Assembly: GCA_009914755.4 (NCBI GenBank)
Contig: CP068257.2
Coordinates: 41,696,001 to 41,760,000 of the forward strand
Origin: the human T2T-CHM13v2.0 reference genome, Homo sapiens
DNA: 64,000 bases
Reading direction: 5' to 3'
Every line of letters begins with the position of its first letter. Position 1 is the stretch's first letter. Below the pieces are notes generated by a model. That model saw only the letters and a program-made list of their open reading frames with translations, made no database searches and had not been told where the DNA came from. A program made the position numbers and the translations under genes. Shown here one piece after another: positions 1-12,142 of the stretch.

Positions 1-1170
1 TGAGGGAGGCAGGTCAGGCTGTCGGGGGCAGTTGCTGCCAGGAGTTGGGGGCAGCCTGCTGGCGGGGGCACCTGGACGGTGCCTGGGCTGTTGACTGACT
101 CAAGGTAGGTTGGAGGGGTTGGGGGAGCTGCCTTCTTGGGAGGCCTTTGCGAGGATAAAGCGTGGAATGTCAGAGATGACTCACATCTTCTGTTCCTGGG
201 TGGGCGGGGTCGGTGACGAAGGGCGGTCGGGAGGAGACACACGTGGGGTCACATAGCTGGACTCAAACCCGGCTCTTTCCCAGGGAAGTGCTGCACTCAC
301 GCCTGACGCTCCCTGGAGCGCCCTGTAGGGACCCCACGAAGTGCACCTTCTTCTCGCCCCTCCTGGCCACTGTGTTTCTCAGGAGTATCCTTTGAGGACC
401 CTTTCAGTGAAATTGCAGGTTTCCAGCCGTGGCCAGGGCTCCTGCCAAGCCCCTCAATTAGCTGGAGTCCTTTGGTGGCCACAGGGTGGCCGGCCCACTG
501 CTGCTGGGGGCCGTCAGGGCAGCCCGTCCTGGGAGAGACAATTCTCCAGCTTCCGCCTTCTCTTAGGGGACTGACCTGGTGCTTGTATCATGGAAACTGC
601 TTTTAAAAACCCAGCTCCTGGGGAGACAGGGGTGTGAGCTCAGCACTGGGCTGCATATAGCCACCCCTGTCTCCCTGCGGGACCCTCTCTGCATCCCCAG
701 AGCTGTGATGTCACCGTGACTCCCAGTAGCTGCTGAGCACCCGGCGTGAGCCCCTCCTGGCCAGCTCAGCACTGACGCAAATCAAAGGCTCCCAGCTCCC
801 CGGGCAGCTGCCACTGCCCCAGCTGGCAGCCCTAGGCTGCCCGGGGTGAGGGGGGCTCTGGCGTGAGGCCTGCTATTTGAGGTCATCAGCTGCTCTTCAG
901 GGGGCAGCCAACATGGCTTGTGGGGCTCCCCAGAGGTCAGGGAGAGGCAGATACTCTGAAGCTCCTGGTGGGGACGGTGGCCCCATGAAGCCACAGGTTC
1001 TGCCTGCCAGGCCAGCCCCTGCTCGTCTCCCTGTTCCCGGCGGATGGTGGCCCCTTGGCTGTGGTCATTGGCGGTGTGGCCCGAGTGGCACTTGAAGCAT
1101 GGCAGGAATTCAGGCCAGGGTGCCCACAGGCTGTGAGGCAGGCGCCGTGCCTGCCCCAGGGGTGTGAAGG

Positions 1171-1210
1171 TGGCACATGGGGGCCATGTGCCATGTGTGG
1201 TGGCACATGG
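1171..1210. other. Inverted-repeat cluster A-A'-A (tggcacatgg / ccatgtgcca / tggcacatgg), each arm containing a CACATG E-box-type hexamer
   Basis: Read directly: 1171-1180 tggcacatgg, 1184-1193 ccatgtgcca (exact reverse complement), 1201-1210 tggcacatgg. Confidence 0.6.
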
Positions 1211-1592
1211 GGTCATGCAGGGCAGCCTCTGCAGGGGGTGAGCGGCATGTGGGCCGTGTCCTATTTCCTCTGGGTCCCTTTATACCTGGGCTTCTTAACA
1301 GCAGCTAGTGGGAGCTACAGCTGCTGGCCTCCGTCAGCCTCCCAGGGACTGTCTCATCTTTCAGAAGATCCTCGCCAGGGCGGCTCACCGCCACACGGAC
1401 ACACGGAACGAGTCTTCTGAGAGCCACATGGGAGCTGGGCTGCATAATGGGAGGCCTGGGGCGCCCTTTAGACCCCACCAGACTGGAGCCACCATGGAGA
1501 TCTCAGCTGCCCTGGTGAGCGCCACCCACTGCTCCACAGACACACGCTGCCAGCCTGCAGGAGCAACCTGTGCATCCTTAAATAGGCGCGTG

Positions 1593-2040
1593 CACACACA
1601 CACACACAAACATACACATGCACACACACACACTCATACACATGCACAAACATACACACGCACACACACACATACACAAACATACACACATACACAAACA
1701 TACACATATATACGCATACACACATACTCATACACACATGCACACACACATATGCACACACATACACATGCACACACATACGCACGCATACACACATACA
1801 CGCACTCATGCACACACATACTTATACACACACGTGCACATATACACATACACATACACTTGGGCTTACACACACATTCCCGTGCACACCCACACAACAC
1901 ACTCACTTGCACATACATATGCACGCACACACACATCAAGCACATGTACAGGACACGAGCACACACACGTGTGCAAAATGTGTGCACACATGTACACAGC
2001 ACATATGTGTGTATGCAATGCAAGCACACGTTCACATGCA
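1593..2040. repeat. Compound imperfect (CA)n / (CATA)n / (CACATG)n microsatellite, ~450 bp
   Basis: A continuous run of cacacaca, catacaca and cacatgca motifs. It is the source of the His/Thr-rich track ORFs 1308..2120(+) and 1618..2043(+). Confidence 0.9.
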
Positions 2041-2663
2041 TAACGGCAGAGAGCGTGTCTCAGGATTTTGACCGTTTCTCTGTCCCCTCCACGACACACA
2101 CACTGTGCAGCTGGGGCTGAGACCCTCTGCCCTGCACTCAGTTGGCATGAAGGATCAGGGTGTCCACGGGCTGAGAATGGCCACCTGGGGGCTGACAATG
2201 GGGCAGCTGTTCAGGGTCAGGGTGGGTCCAGGTGGGTGGGACGAGACTGGGGTTGAGGACGATGATGTGAGGCCCCCCCCAGGGCACCTTTGCCCCCGAC
2301 AGGCAGCCCGGGGTGAGAACTGGCTCCAGCCACCTTTATCCGATACGTGAGGCAGACAGTCACGGGACACGGTGGACATGACGCTCTGCTGTGCAGAGAA
2401 ACCGCTCTGTGTGCACAGCCCAAGTTCACTGGGCGGTCACAGCTGGGTAAGGATGGGGAACACAGCAGCCTGTGACCTCTCAGCCACTGCAGAGGCCACC
2501 TGTGTGGGTGGCCTTCAGAGGGCAGAACCCTCCCTGGGGACGCACCTGCCTCAGGCGCGGCCTGTGCATTCCTGCCTGGAGACAGGAGCTACCAGTCCCC
2601 GGCGCTGTTTACCTTCCGTCTGGCGGCCCAGCAGAGAGCCACCGCCCTCCCCTCTCCTGGCCT

Positions 2664-2703
2664 ATATATAAGGCCTTGTCCTGGCTTTGCCCTGGGCGGG
2701 GAC
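2664..2703 (-). promoter_or_regulatory. Candidate core-promoter motif pair: TATA box (tatatataa, 2664-2672) with Sp1-type GC box (gggcgggg, 2695-2702). On the minus strand the GC box lies ~25 bp upstream of the TATA.
   Basis: Motifs read directly. The arrangement GC-box then TATA is canonical on the minus strand. Motif-only inference, with no transcript evidence. Confidence 0.2.
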
Positions 2704-3048
2704 GCTGCTGTACTGTGCTGACCCTCTGCTCCCAGAAACCCAGGGCCACTGGCAGCTTCAGGGACAACCCTGCCTCTGAATTGGGGCCACGGACACCCAG
2801 GTTACTCACAAAATAGGTGCCCTTTTCCATGCAGATAGCTGAAGTGCAGACCCAGAGCTCGTGGGATTGCTGGTGGAAACTTCCAGAAGCATGCAGCAGG
2901 ATTGCCATGGGGTTAGGAAGCCAAACAATCAGCAGACAGGCAGGTGCATCTCGGTAGGACCCCCCTCTGGGGAGGTCCCTGAACTGCATCTCCTGCTGGG
3001 GTCAGGACCAGCCTGCTTCCCAGAGCGCCCCGTGTGCTCCCATAGCAG

Positions 3049-3120
3049 GGCCGGGCTGGCACTCCTGGGCAGGACCGGCACTCCTGGGCCAGGCTGGCAC
3101 TCCTGGGCCGGGCTGGTGTC
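3049..3120. repeat. Short tandem repeat, ~20-bp unit (ggctggcactcctgggcc) x3
   Basis: Three adjacent near-identical copies read directly. Confidence 0.8.
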
Positions 3121-6100
3121 AGCGGGCCCCAAAGACAGGCCCCAGGCCTGGGTGAACTCAGGGGCTCCAGCTGCAGCTCACCAGCCCAGGAAGTGGTTGC
3201 TGGGGGTCCTTAAGAGGCTCCATTCTCCCGGTGGGCTCCCCTGCATCCCCTCCGGCTGCCTCCCCCGCTGCACTAGCCTTTGCAGGTGTGTGTGTTTACC
3301 TTTAATAACTTAACCCTTTGGCCCAGTCTCCATCTGCCGACGCACAGCAGGCTGGCGGTCGTGCTCCCCACGTGGCAGGGCTGGTGGCCATCACCAGCAA
3401 GTGTGGGCAGGGCTGGAGGGGGGACCAAGCAAGGGCTTCTGCCCTCAGGCACAGCAAAAGCCAGAGAGGCGGAAGGACCCCTGCCCCCACCCCACCCGCT
3501 GGGGAAGGTGATGGTCAGGAGGGGGCTGATCGAGGGTTGCTCAGTCACCCCAAGATGAGGAGCAGTCGCTGGCACAGCCGCCTCGGCCCTCCTTCTCTCT
3601 TGGCAGGTAAATAGAGGCCCAGGTGGCACCCAGACCAAGGCAGACGCCTCTGCTCATTTTGGCCGAGCAAGGCCAAAGGCAGCCAAGGGTTGGTTTCCCT
3701 GCCCGCCCCCAGTCGAGAGTCAACATCCCACACACGCCAAACTGCCCTTTAGTTCCTAAGACGTAAATATTTGCTCTTCCGTTAAGAAAATACTCAGCGG
3801 TCCTCCTTTAAGTGCAGTGTATACCCCGGCGCCCTTCAAAAGCAAACACTGCTGTTTCCAAACAAGGAGTGCGAGGAGAAAGCCTGGGTGGGGGCTCCTG
3901 GGGGTGCACACCGACGCTGCGGGCTCTGCCCCGACCTGCCTGAATGTTCTCCAAGCCCAGGGCACCCAGGAAGGAAGCCGAGTTTGGCGAGAGGGAGACT
4001 GGCAGGAGCCCAGGGCCCTGAGACCGAGGCTGGGAGGAAGATCGGGCTGCTCTCCGCCACTTGGTGTTGCACGGCCGCCCCCAGGCCCCGCCTGGGGGCG
4101 GCAGGCAGGGGCTTCTGCTGGGAGTGAGCCAGTCTCCAGGCCCCCAGCCCCCACCCGACCTTGCCAGAGCAGCAGTCAGAGGGCAGAGAAAGGCAGGGAC
4201 CTTCAGTTGCACAGGAAGGTCTGCATCTGGGTCCGTTCTGCTTCTCACTGCACATGTGGCCTTGCGCAGCCTGTCCGCCTCTCGAGATCTCAATATTCTC
4301 ACTTTAAACTAAGGGAACACAGCTTCCTTGCACCGCCGCTGACCTCCCTGGGCTGGACCTAAGCTGTGGCTGGTGGCTGGGGGCCCCAGCTTATGGACTG
4401 GGGCGTTTCGTCCCAACAGTGTCTCGTGACTTCACGTCGGTAGGTTGGAATCGGCCATGCTGGGAGTGTTTGCACCACGGGAACTGGTGAATGCTGTGCG
4501 TCAAAGCCAGGTCACCGCCCACCGACGGCCCTGGTCTCCCAGGGCCCCTCTCGCCTCACCTTGGGGGCTGCATTACAGACTGGAAAGGCTGCTTATGAGC
4601 ATGGCACATGGTGGACCCTTGCTACAGGAGTCACACGAATGCATGAGAAAACCAAGGAACAACTGAATAGACAGCTGGGGCCATGCTCTCTCACGTCTCC
4701 ACTTCTGCCGGGTGTCAGAACTTCCCAGGGCAGGGGAGCAGCCCCTTCCCACAGGCATCTCTCCCTGCAGAGAAGACGCCCCAGAAACCCACACTGCAGC
4801 GAGGGCCAGCGTGGCCCCCTGCCTCCCTGGCGACATCACAAGGGCCTCCATGCAAGTCCCAAGCGGTCCATCCGAGGTGCAGGGAAGCCGGGTGCCCGCG
4901 CTCTCTGACTGCTTCCTGTAGATACGTATCGAGCTGCCTGGGAGCCTCTTCGACCTGGGTGGGTGCGTCCCTGTGCCCCAGCCCCCTCCGGAGAGGCTCC
5001 TCACTCCCAGCTCAAGCAGATCCTAGAAGTTGTCTCTGATCTGGACCCCGCTCCAGACCACACTCTGGCTGGGAGCCGGGTTTGGGGCTGACCACGTGAG
5101 AACTCCCACGGACGTGGGTTAGCGCCTGCTCCAGGGCTGGCGGAGGAGGAAGGGTGCCCGGCCGCCCAGACCCCACCATCTCATCTGGGCCTGAGGCATC
5201 GGCCCGCAGAGCCCCAGTTCCCCGTCGCCGAGAGGGTATGAGAAGCGTGTGCCCAGCCAGAGCTCAGTGAGGACGACCTCTGACTTCCTTCATTTTAATC
5301 ACGTCTTTCCAGGGGCCTCTGGAGCTGATGCAGGGGCTCCCTGGGCCTCTCTAGGGGACAGTGTTACTGGCTTATTTTCTGCCAACAGGAGCAAAAGATT
5401 AGGCAACACATCACCCTGAGTTGGGCGGGGTGGAGGGTCGTGGTCAATCCCGTATCCACCACGTGATCCAATGAGAACAGGCAAGGCCCGGGAACTGTGA
5501 GTAAGAAAGCGCTCGGGCTGAGTCACGTGCAGCTGAGCGGGGGCCTGTCCTTCCTGTCCTCCTGGATGGAGGCCCTCCCTGCGGGTTCCTCTGCTCTTTC
5601 CTGCCCCACTCCTTCTTTCATGAAGCAGCCCCTCCACCCCGAGCCTGTCCTGGCCCCATTTTAACCCACGCTGCTTCTTCCTCTGCATCTCTGGCTGTCA
5701 GGGAGGCCCCGCTCAAGGGCCTGCTGAGGCTCCACCACCCCCTCCTCCTGCAGAAGACATGTTTTTCACCTGCCCCAAGGACCAGGCAGCCTCCTGCCAG
5801 GCCTCCCCCTGCATCCCCTCATTCCAGAGGGCTCCCAAGGGCAGAGGCAGCTTGAAGTGAGCGTCTGTGGACGGCAGGCCCGCCTCAGGGGAAGCACACA
5901 CAGGCTCTGCTGCACTCGGAGGCTTCCAGCCAGCCGTGGACGGTCACCATTCCCCAGCTCGGGGCCCACTGAACAGGGCTGGGAGATGGTGCAGTGGGAG
6001 GCCCAGAGGAGGTTCTAGGCCTACCCAGTACCTGGCCTGGCTGCTTGGGGAGGGGCAGCCACTGTCCCTGGAGGGCCTCGTCTGTGCGGGTGCCCCCACG

Positions 6101-8379
6101 GCACACACCATCCAGGAATTCCAAGTCCCGGGTCAGGAGTGTGACCACCGCCTGCCTGCAGCAGGCTGAGGAGTGAGGTCTGTGAGCCTTTGCTTCCCGG
6201 CCTGCTGCTGACTTACCCCTCTGCCAGGAACGACCACGCTGGACTCTGCAGCTTGGGCCAAGACAGCAGTCCCAGAAGAATGTTTCTGAGATAGGGTCTT
6301 CGTGTCCCATGATCCGGCAGCTCCCAGACCACAGTGAGGGGGCCAGGGACCACCCAGGTCTCCGTACCCCTTGGGGAGCTCTGGCGTCACCCCCATCTGT
6401 CTGTTTTGGGTGTAAAGTGGAGTCCACAGGCCCTGGAACCCACCAGCAGTTTTGAGTGGCTGGGCCTGACCTTTCAGTTGGTACTGAGAAGCCCTCGGCC
6501 CTCACCCCCAACTGCCACCAAGGAACCCTGTGGTTACCTAAACCCCAGGCCATGTGGCTGGGACCCCAGGGCCCGCCTTTCCCACCAGGCCCACTTGCAA
6601 AGGCAAGGGTGAACCCTCAACCCTACAGAAAGCAGGCACCCGCACCTTCCAGATGGCTCCCCCACTGCCCCAAAGCACAAATGACTGGTCAGACCGTGGG
6701 CCTGAGAACAGACGCCCCATCACAACCCAAGCACACACTCCCAGGAAACAAGCCAGCGGCCCCTCCATTCATCTGAGGAGCACACGAAGAGCTTAGACCT
6801 TTTTGAACTCTTCTTCCAGAGCATGTGATGGAGCCACACCTCACTGTTCAAGGCCGACCGACAGAGGACAGATGTGCCTGGCAGGTTCCTTCCCCGTCCA
6901 CAGTGCCGGCCCCCAGCCCGGCTCTGGCCCTGTTAGCCTGGTGACCGTCACAGCCCAGGCAGGGAAGGGACGTCAGGACCCAGGGACCCCAGGACACCCG
7001 GTGGGAAGAGGCCTCAAATCAGGCAGGGCCTTAGGATGCTTGCGGTGGAATGGGATTTTAGCGTCTACTTTTGAACAGTCATAGATTGGTTTTCTTGCAT
7101 ATTAGAAAAAAATGTAGGGCATAAAAACCACGACGAAGGATTCTGGCATTTTTGGCAGAGGCTGAATTCGTAGTCAGCCTGAGCCGGCTGAATGAGAAAC
7201 ACCCGTCTCTTGGAGGGGCCTCTGGTCGGCACCCCGTCTCCGGAAGGGGCCTTGCGGTCTCTGCCCTCAAAGTGCAGAAGCATCCACAGATGTGGAAAAG
7301 TGGGTGTGGCTTGTGCCAATTACACTGTGTTTATGGACCTGGAAATGGGAATTCTGTTTAACTTTCATGTGTCACAAAGCCTTCTCTTTTCCCCAACCAT
7401 TTGTAAATGTTAGAATCATTCCTAGCTTGTGGTCAGACATGGGCAGGCTGAATTTGGCCATGGCCACAGGTGCCACCCTGGAGCTGCCTCATGTTCCCAT
7501 CCTGTGGCTGAAGGACAGACCCAGGACGCTGAAGGGGCTCGCTGGACGCATGTGGCACTGGGCATCAGGGCCTGGGCTGGAACTCCTGTCCCCACCTCGG
7601 GGGCCCCACCTGGGGGTCTTGGGGGTGCGGTGGGCACTGGGTATGGTTGCTGCCGGCTGTATCCCAGCCCCTTCCTGCCTCTGCCACATCAGTAGGGGGC
7701 CTCTTGCCTCTGGGGCTGGAGGTATCCCGGCTGGGCCACCATGCAGACTGTGGGGTGCTGTGTGGCCAGGCCGGGCCCAGAAGGAGTCCCAAATGTCAGA
7801 GGAGAGAAAGAGGCCCCACCCAGAGGGAAACAGGGTGGACAGTAGGAGGGGGCTGGGTCGCTGAAGTCCCCAAGGCCGGCTCCTTCAAGGACTCTCAACA
7901 AACTTCCTTTTTGGCTTAAAGTTATTTTGAGTTCAGGTCTCGTTTCCTGCAATTCTCAAAATCCTGAAGCTCCACGAGTTTGCCCTCGCCGCCCAGAGGA
8001 GACCCCGGAGGACCCAGCCAGGCTCACTGTGAAACAGCCCCTCGGAGCTCATGGCCCCTCAGGACAGGGTCCCAGCCGCAGCGAGGAAGCAGGGCCCAGG
8101 GGCTCCAAGGGTGGCGCCTGCACGCATGCCTGGGAGAGCAAATGACACACCCAGAAACCCACCAGCCCACTTGGACCTGCCCTGGGCAGCCCCGAGACAT
8201 GGTCAGGGCGATGCAGACTGCGTTTCCCTGCGAGAAGCCCGCCCCTCACCACGGCGAGCCCTGTCCCGATCCGCTCTTGACCTGTCCAGGGCACCACGGC
8301 CTTGCCTGGGAACTTGTTGCTGAGCCAAGATGAGCCCAAGGAGCCGGCAGTTGTGCCGGAATATTCCAAAGGCCCAGAG

Positions 8380-8640
8380 GCTGTCACAGACAGTGACGTG
8401 TGATAAAAATCCCCAAATGTTCCAGGACAGGAAGCCAGTTTAACCCTTCCCGTTTACCCCGCCTGCGGCTGCTGTAGAAACACAATCATTTCATAGCCAG
8501 AAATTTACCGACGTCCTGCTGGAAGCCATGAATGTGCCTGACAAGAGACTGAAACAGCGGTTGGCAGAGACATGAATAAAAGACCAGTGTCTTGGTTTAA
8601 TCACCTGGCTCTAAGGTGGCGCTTGCTTTTTAAGGGATCC
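8380..8640. promoter_or_regulatory. AT-rich non-repetitive island with an AATAAA hexamer at ~8575-8580. Candidate conserved non-coding element or 3' UTR end of a plus-strand transcript.
   Basis: Local AT content is well above the flanks, with no tandem or Alu structure. Motifs include acaatcatttcatagcc and catgaataaaagacc. Inference only. Confidence 0.25.
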
Positions 8641-9044
8641 AGGGGCCAAAGCTGGAGGAGGAGGCAGCCAGCTCCTGGGGGGAGGGTAGCCGGCTCAACC
8701 CCCTGGAGGCCCTGTGTGACCTCAGCCTAGGAGGCTGAAGCTGCAGCCTCTGCCCACTGCGCCATCCTTGCGAAAGGGCTCCCGCAGAAGGGTTGGCTGT
8801 GCCCACTAGGAGCTGGTCCTGCTGCTCACTTCCATGGCCCTGGTGGCCTTCATGGAGACAGCCATTGTGTGCAAAGGACGGAAAGTAAGAGGCCCCCTCC
8901 TTCTCTCACCCTTTGTGGGGAAACCGAGGCAAGTGACACCTTAAGTCCCAGGGCGCTCTGTGGAGCAGCTGAGACTCCAGCTTCCATTTTCTGACTTCCA
9001 GGGAGCTATCTTTCTAGGTCCCTGGGAGGGAGGCTGGAAAGGGC

Positions 9045-9300
9045 TCGTTTCAGAATGCGGTTGGGCAAGTTTGTTTTTCTCAATTCTGCATTAAAATTGT
9101 CTCGAGTCATGGTTCTGATGACACATGAATGTGTGTGTAGATTGTGCGTATATGCAATGGAGCCAATCGATTAGCAAAAGCATATTTTGCCATAATTTGT
9201 AACCTATGCTCCCTACATAATGACTGCGGTTTAAAGCACCTGAGAAAATGTTAATAAAAGGTATGAGTTCTCTGGCAATCTGGCTGACCTCCTGAAGGCC
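9045..9300. promoter_or_regulatory. AT-rich non-repetitive island with TAAT/ATTA cores and a gccaatcgattagc motif. Candidate conserved non-coding element.
   Basis: Sequence ttctcaattctgcattaaaattgtctcgagtcatgg ... agccaatcgattagcaaaagcatattttgccataatttgtaacc. It is non-repetitive and AT-rich within a GC-rich context. Confidence 0.25.
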
Positions 9301-9354
9301 ACGACTGAACCAAGGTATCTTCCAGAGCAGGAGCTATCTGGGTCACCTCAGGAT

Positions 9355-9455
9355 AGAATCCCAAGGTAATTCTCTTCCTCCCCAAACTCACTCTTTCCCG
9401 CCCCCTCCCCCCTCCTCTCTCATCCTCTCTCCCGCCCCTCTGCTCTCACACACAC
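9355..9455. repeat. Low-complexity polypyrimidine (CT-rich) tract
   Basis: Sequence ctcttcctccccaaactcactctttcccgccccctcccccctcctctctcatcctctctcccgcccctctgctctcacacacac. Confidence 0.8.
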
Positions 9456-10593
9456 ACTTTTCCAGACGGAGCTGACGGCGCAGTCCCTCCGCCCCCATCA
9501 CAGGTGGTCCAGCATCTGGCAGGAGGGGCGTATGGAGAATGGTCCCCCCCAGGACTTTTGGGGAGGACAGCCCTTAGCACAGGGGTGCAGTTAAGCCCTC
9601 TGACACCTGTCCCCCACCCCGAGACATTCTGTGCCACCCCCAGGTGGCTGGGAGCTATGGATCCCAGGGAACTGTGACTGTCAGAGACCATTGGGACCGC
9701 AGGACCGACTCCCACTCAGACCAGATCTGGGGTGAGAGGGGGTGGAGACGTGGGGATGTGGGGGCCCTGCATGGCTCAGGGCTCTGAGGGGACATTGAGC
9801 ATAGGTGACCAACCCTCCCCATTTGGCCTGGACTAGCAGGGTGTGGGGCTTTTAGTGCTGAAACCAAGGAAGTCCCGGGCAGATCAGGACCCTGGTCCCT
9901 CGCTGGGATGGAAGTCTGGGAGATCTGTGGGGTGGCGGGTGTGCAGATGAAGGCTGAGGCCCCAAGGCCCCACCATCCCAACTGTGTGCTTGCCACCTGG
10001 GTCCCACCCCTTGGAGAGGACAGTGTTGAGTCCTGGCCAGTTCCCCCTGCCTGGGCTCAGGTGGCAGCTGAGAGGGGTGTGGAGGACACCTGGCCCCTCA
10101 CACTGAGCCTGCTGTCCTCGGAACAGGCTCTGCAGAGACCAAGACACCAGCTATGGAATAGCTGATAGGCACCAATATGCCCTGGGCCCTGTCTCACCAC
10201 TAGCATCACCACACACACTTCTCCGACGCTCCTCCCTCCCGGCTCTTCGAGATGCCAGCAGAAGGAGACACAGTGCCCGAGTGATGTGCAGCGGCACGGG
10301 GTCCCCCAGCCCGGCAGGTGAGAGAACGGGGCCGGCTTGGTTCAGGGAGGCCCCAGCTGAGGCCTCCTGTCCACCTGTCCAAGCAGCCGGTAAATAGTTT
10401 AAATCCTTTTTTCCTCACTATCAAAATAATACATATTCATTGACAGAGAATTTGGAAATTAAGAACATTACAAGAAACAGAAGGAGAAAAACCCACCATA
10501 TATTCACAACACAAAGAGAACACCTTCAACATTTTGGAATGTTTCCTTCCAGCATTGCCTGTTTCTGTGCATTTCAAAAACATAGTTAAATAA

Positions 10594-10596
<3 letters not shown>

Positions 10597-10634
<38 letters not shown>
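10597..10634. repeat. (GT)19 dinucleotide microsatellite
   Basis: An uninterrupted gtgtgt... run read directly. Confidence 0.95.
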
Positions 10635-10635
<1 letters not shown>

Positions 10636-11876
10636 CTAGCTGGGTTTTCTGAGATTCTGTATTTGTCTTTTTGGCATCCATTTGTCACAGGGCCAATTGT
10701 ATTCACTATAATTTTCTTATTTTCTGTATTCTTGATGCTCTGGCATTCAAAGACTCTTGCAGACTGTCCCTCCCAGAGCTGGCTGATTTCAGAGCCAAGA
10801 TAGGGCTTGGCCTAGAGCAGCCAGTCCTGTCTATACCCCAACCATCCGCTTCATCTCACTGGTACACCAAGCCAGCATTTTCCCTGCCCTAGATGACCTC
10901 AGAGCCAGGCAAGCAGGGACAGCCCCTACGCCCCAAAGTCCAACAGAATTGTTCATGCCAGCCAGTCCTGAGTCTACCCGCCTGCCCTGCCTTTCCCAAG
11001 GAAACCCCAAGAAAGGCTGGTGCCTACTCCTCCCCAAACTAACTGGCATTTCCTGGCCCTGTGATGCGTCGCAGGCCCCTCCTCTTGTAAATACAAAAAT
11101 CTCCTTTCTGGGATATGGCCTCTTCGCGTTGACACTCAGTCATACCTCCGTAAACTCACTCCCGGGTTTGATTTTAACCCCACGTGTGCGTGTGTGTGGT
11201 GTGTGTGTGCATAAGCTTAGCTCACGTTTGTTGCTCAACACTGTAACCATGGGGGTCTCCAGTGCCGTTAGCATCCTTTTTCAATGTAATTTGTAATGAT
11301 TGTATGGCATTCTCTCCTATGGATATACCCAAATCTCTCCTTTTGCTATATTGGATTTGCTTCTGTGCATTTTTTAATTACCCTGAGATGAATCTTTTTC
11401 TGCATCAATATTTTCCCATAGCTTGGGATCTTTCCTTATGTTAGAGGATCAGAAATAGAAGCCCAGGATTGAAGGAACGTCTTCAGGTTGCAGATTCACG
11501 TTGACAACATCCTCTAAAAGTCTACCTGCATTTACGCTCCACTGAGGATGATCAGTTAATACAATTTCACTAGTTCAACAGGGAAACTGTAGTGTCCGGA
11601 TATACATTCTTTTGTTGACGAATGAGGTCGAACTTTCTTCCCGGTGTTTAGTGTTCCCTTATATTTACATCCTTGAGAACTCCCTACTCCTCTTCTCGAC
11701 CTGCCTTTCAAGTTGAGGTATGTTTTAAAAAGGTAAACTGAGGCATAATATACTTTTTAAAGAGTTGACTTGAGCAAACCACCATTCATGAATCAGGCAG
11801 CCCCACACCAGAATGGATCAGGAGCTCCACCAAGGGAACACAGGGGCAGCTCTCCTAGGACATGCGCAGATGTCAA

Positions 11877-12142
11877 GCAGAGAAAGTGGTCTGATTGGTC
11901 GCAGGTACGCCATTGCCTGTTGTACACCAGAGAAGGTATCTGATTGGCCACAGGCATGCAGTTGACACACATAAAGCAGAGAAAGTATCTGATTGGCTGC
12001 TAGCAGGCAGAGAAGGTATCTGATTGGCTGCAGGCAAGCAGTTGCCTGACATGCACCAGAGAAAGTATCTGATTGGTCGTAGGTACAGCAGTTGCCTAAG
12101 GTGAAGCAGAGAAAGTATCTGATTGGCCGCATGTACGCAGTT
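11877..12142. repeat. ~50-bp minisatellite x6 (one copy truncated to 30 bp). Every copy carries ctgattggc, the reverse complement of gccaatcag.
   Basis: Copies begin at ~11878, 11928, 11977, 12007, 12057 and 12107, each starting cagagaaRgtRtctgattggYYgcaggYa... Reverse-strand gccaatcag matches the NF-Y CCAAT-box consensus. Confidence 0.9.

Noticed and set aside
1308-2120. A 270-aa ORF rich in His-Thr dipeptides
   Set aside because: It is a translation of the (CA)n/(CATA)n microsatellite.
10380-11800. AT-rich blocks that might be L1, L2 or DNA-transposon fragments
   Set aside because: This is plausible, but I cannot assign a repeat family by eye. I left these unannotated and would not over-call them. 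RepeatMasker would resolve it.
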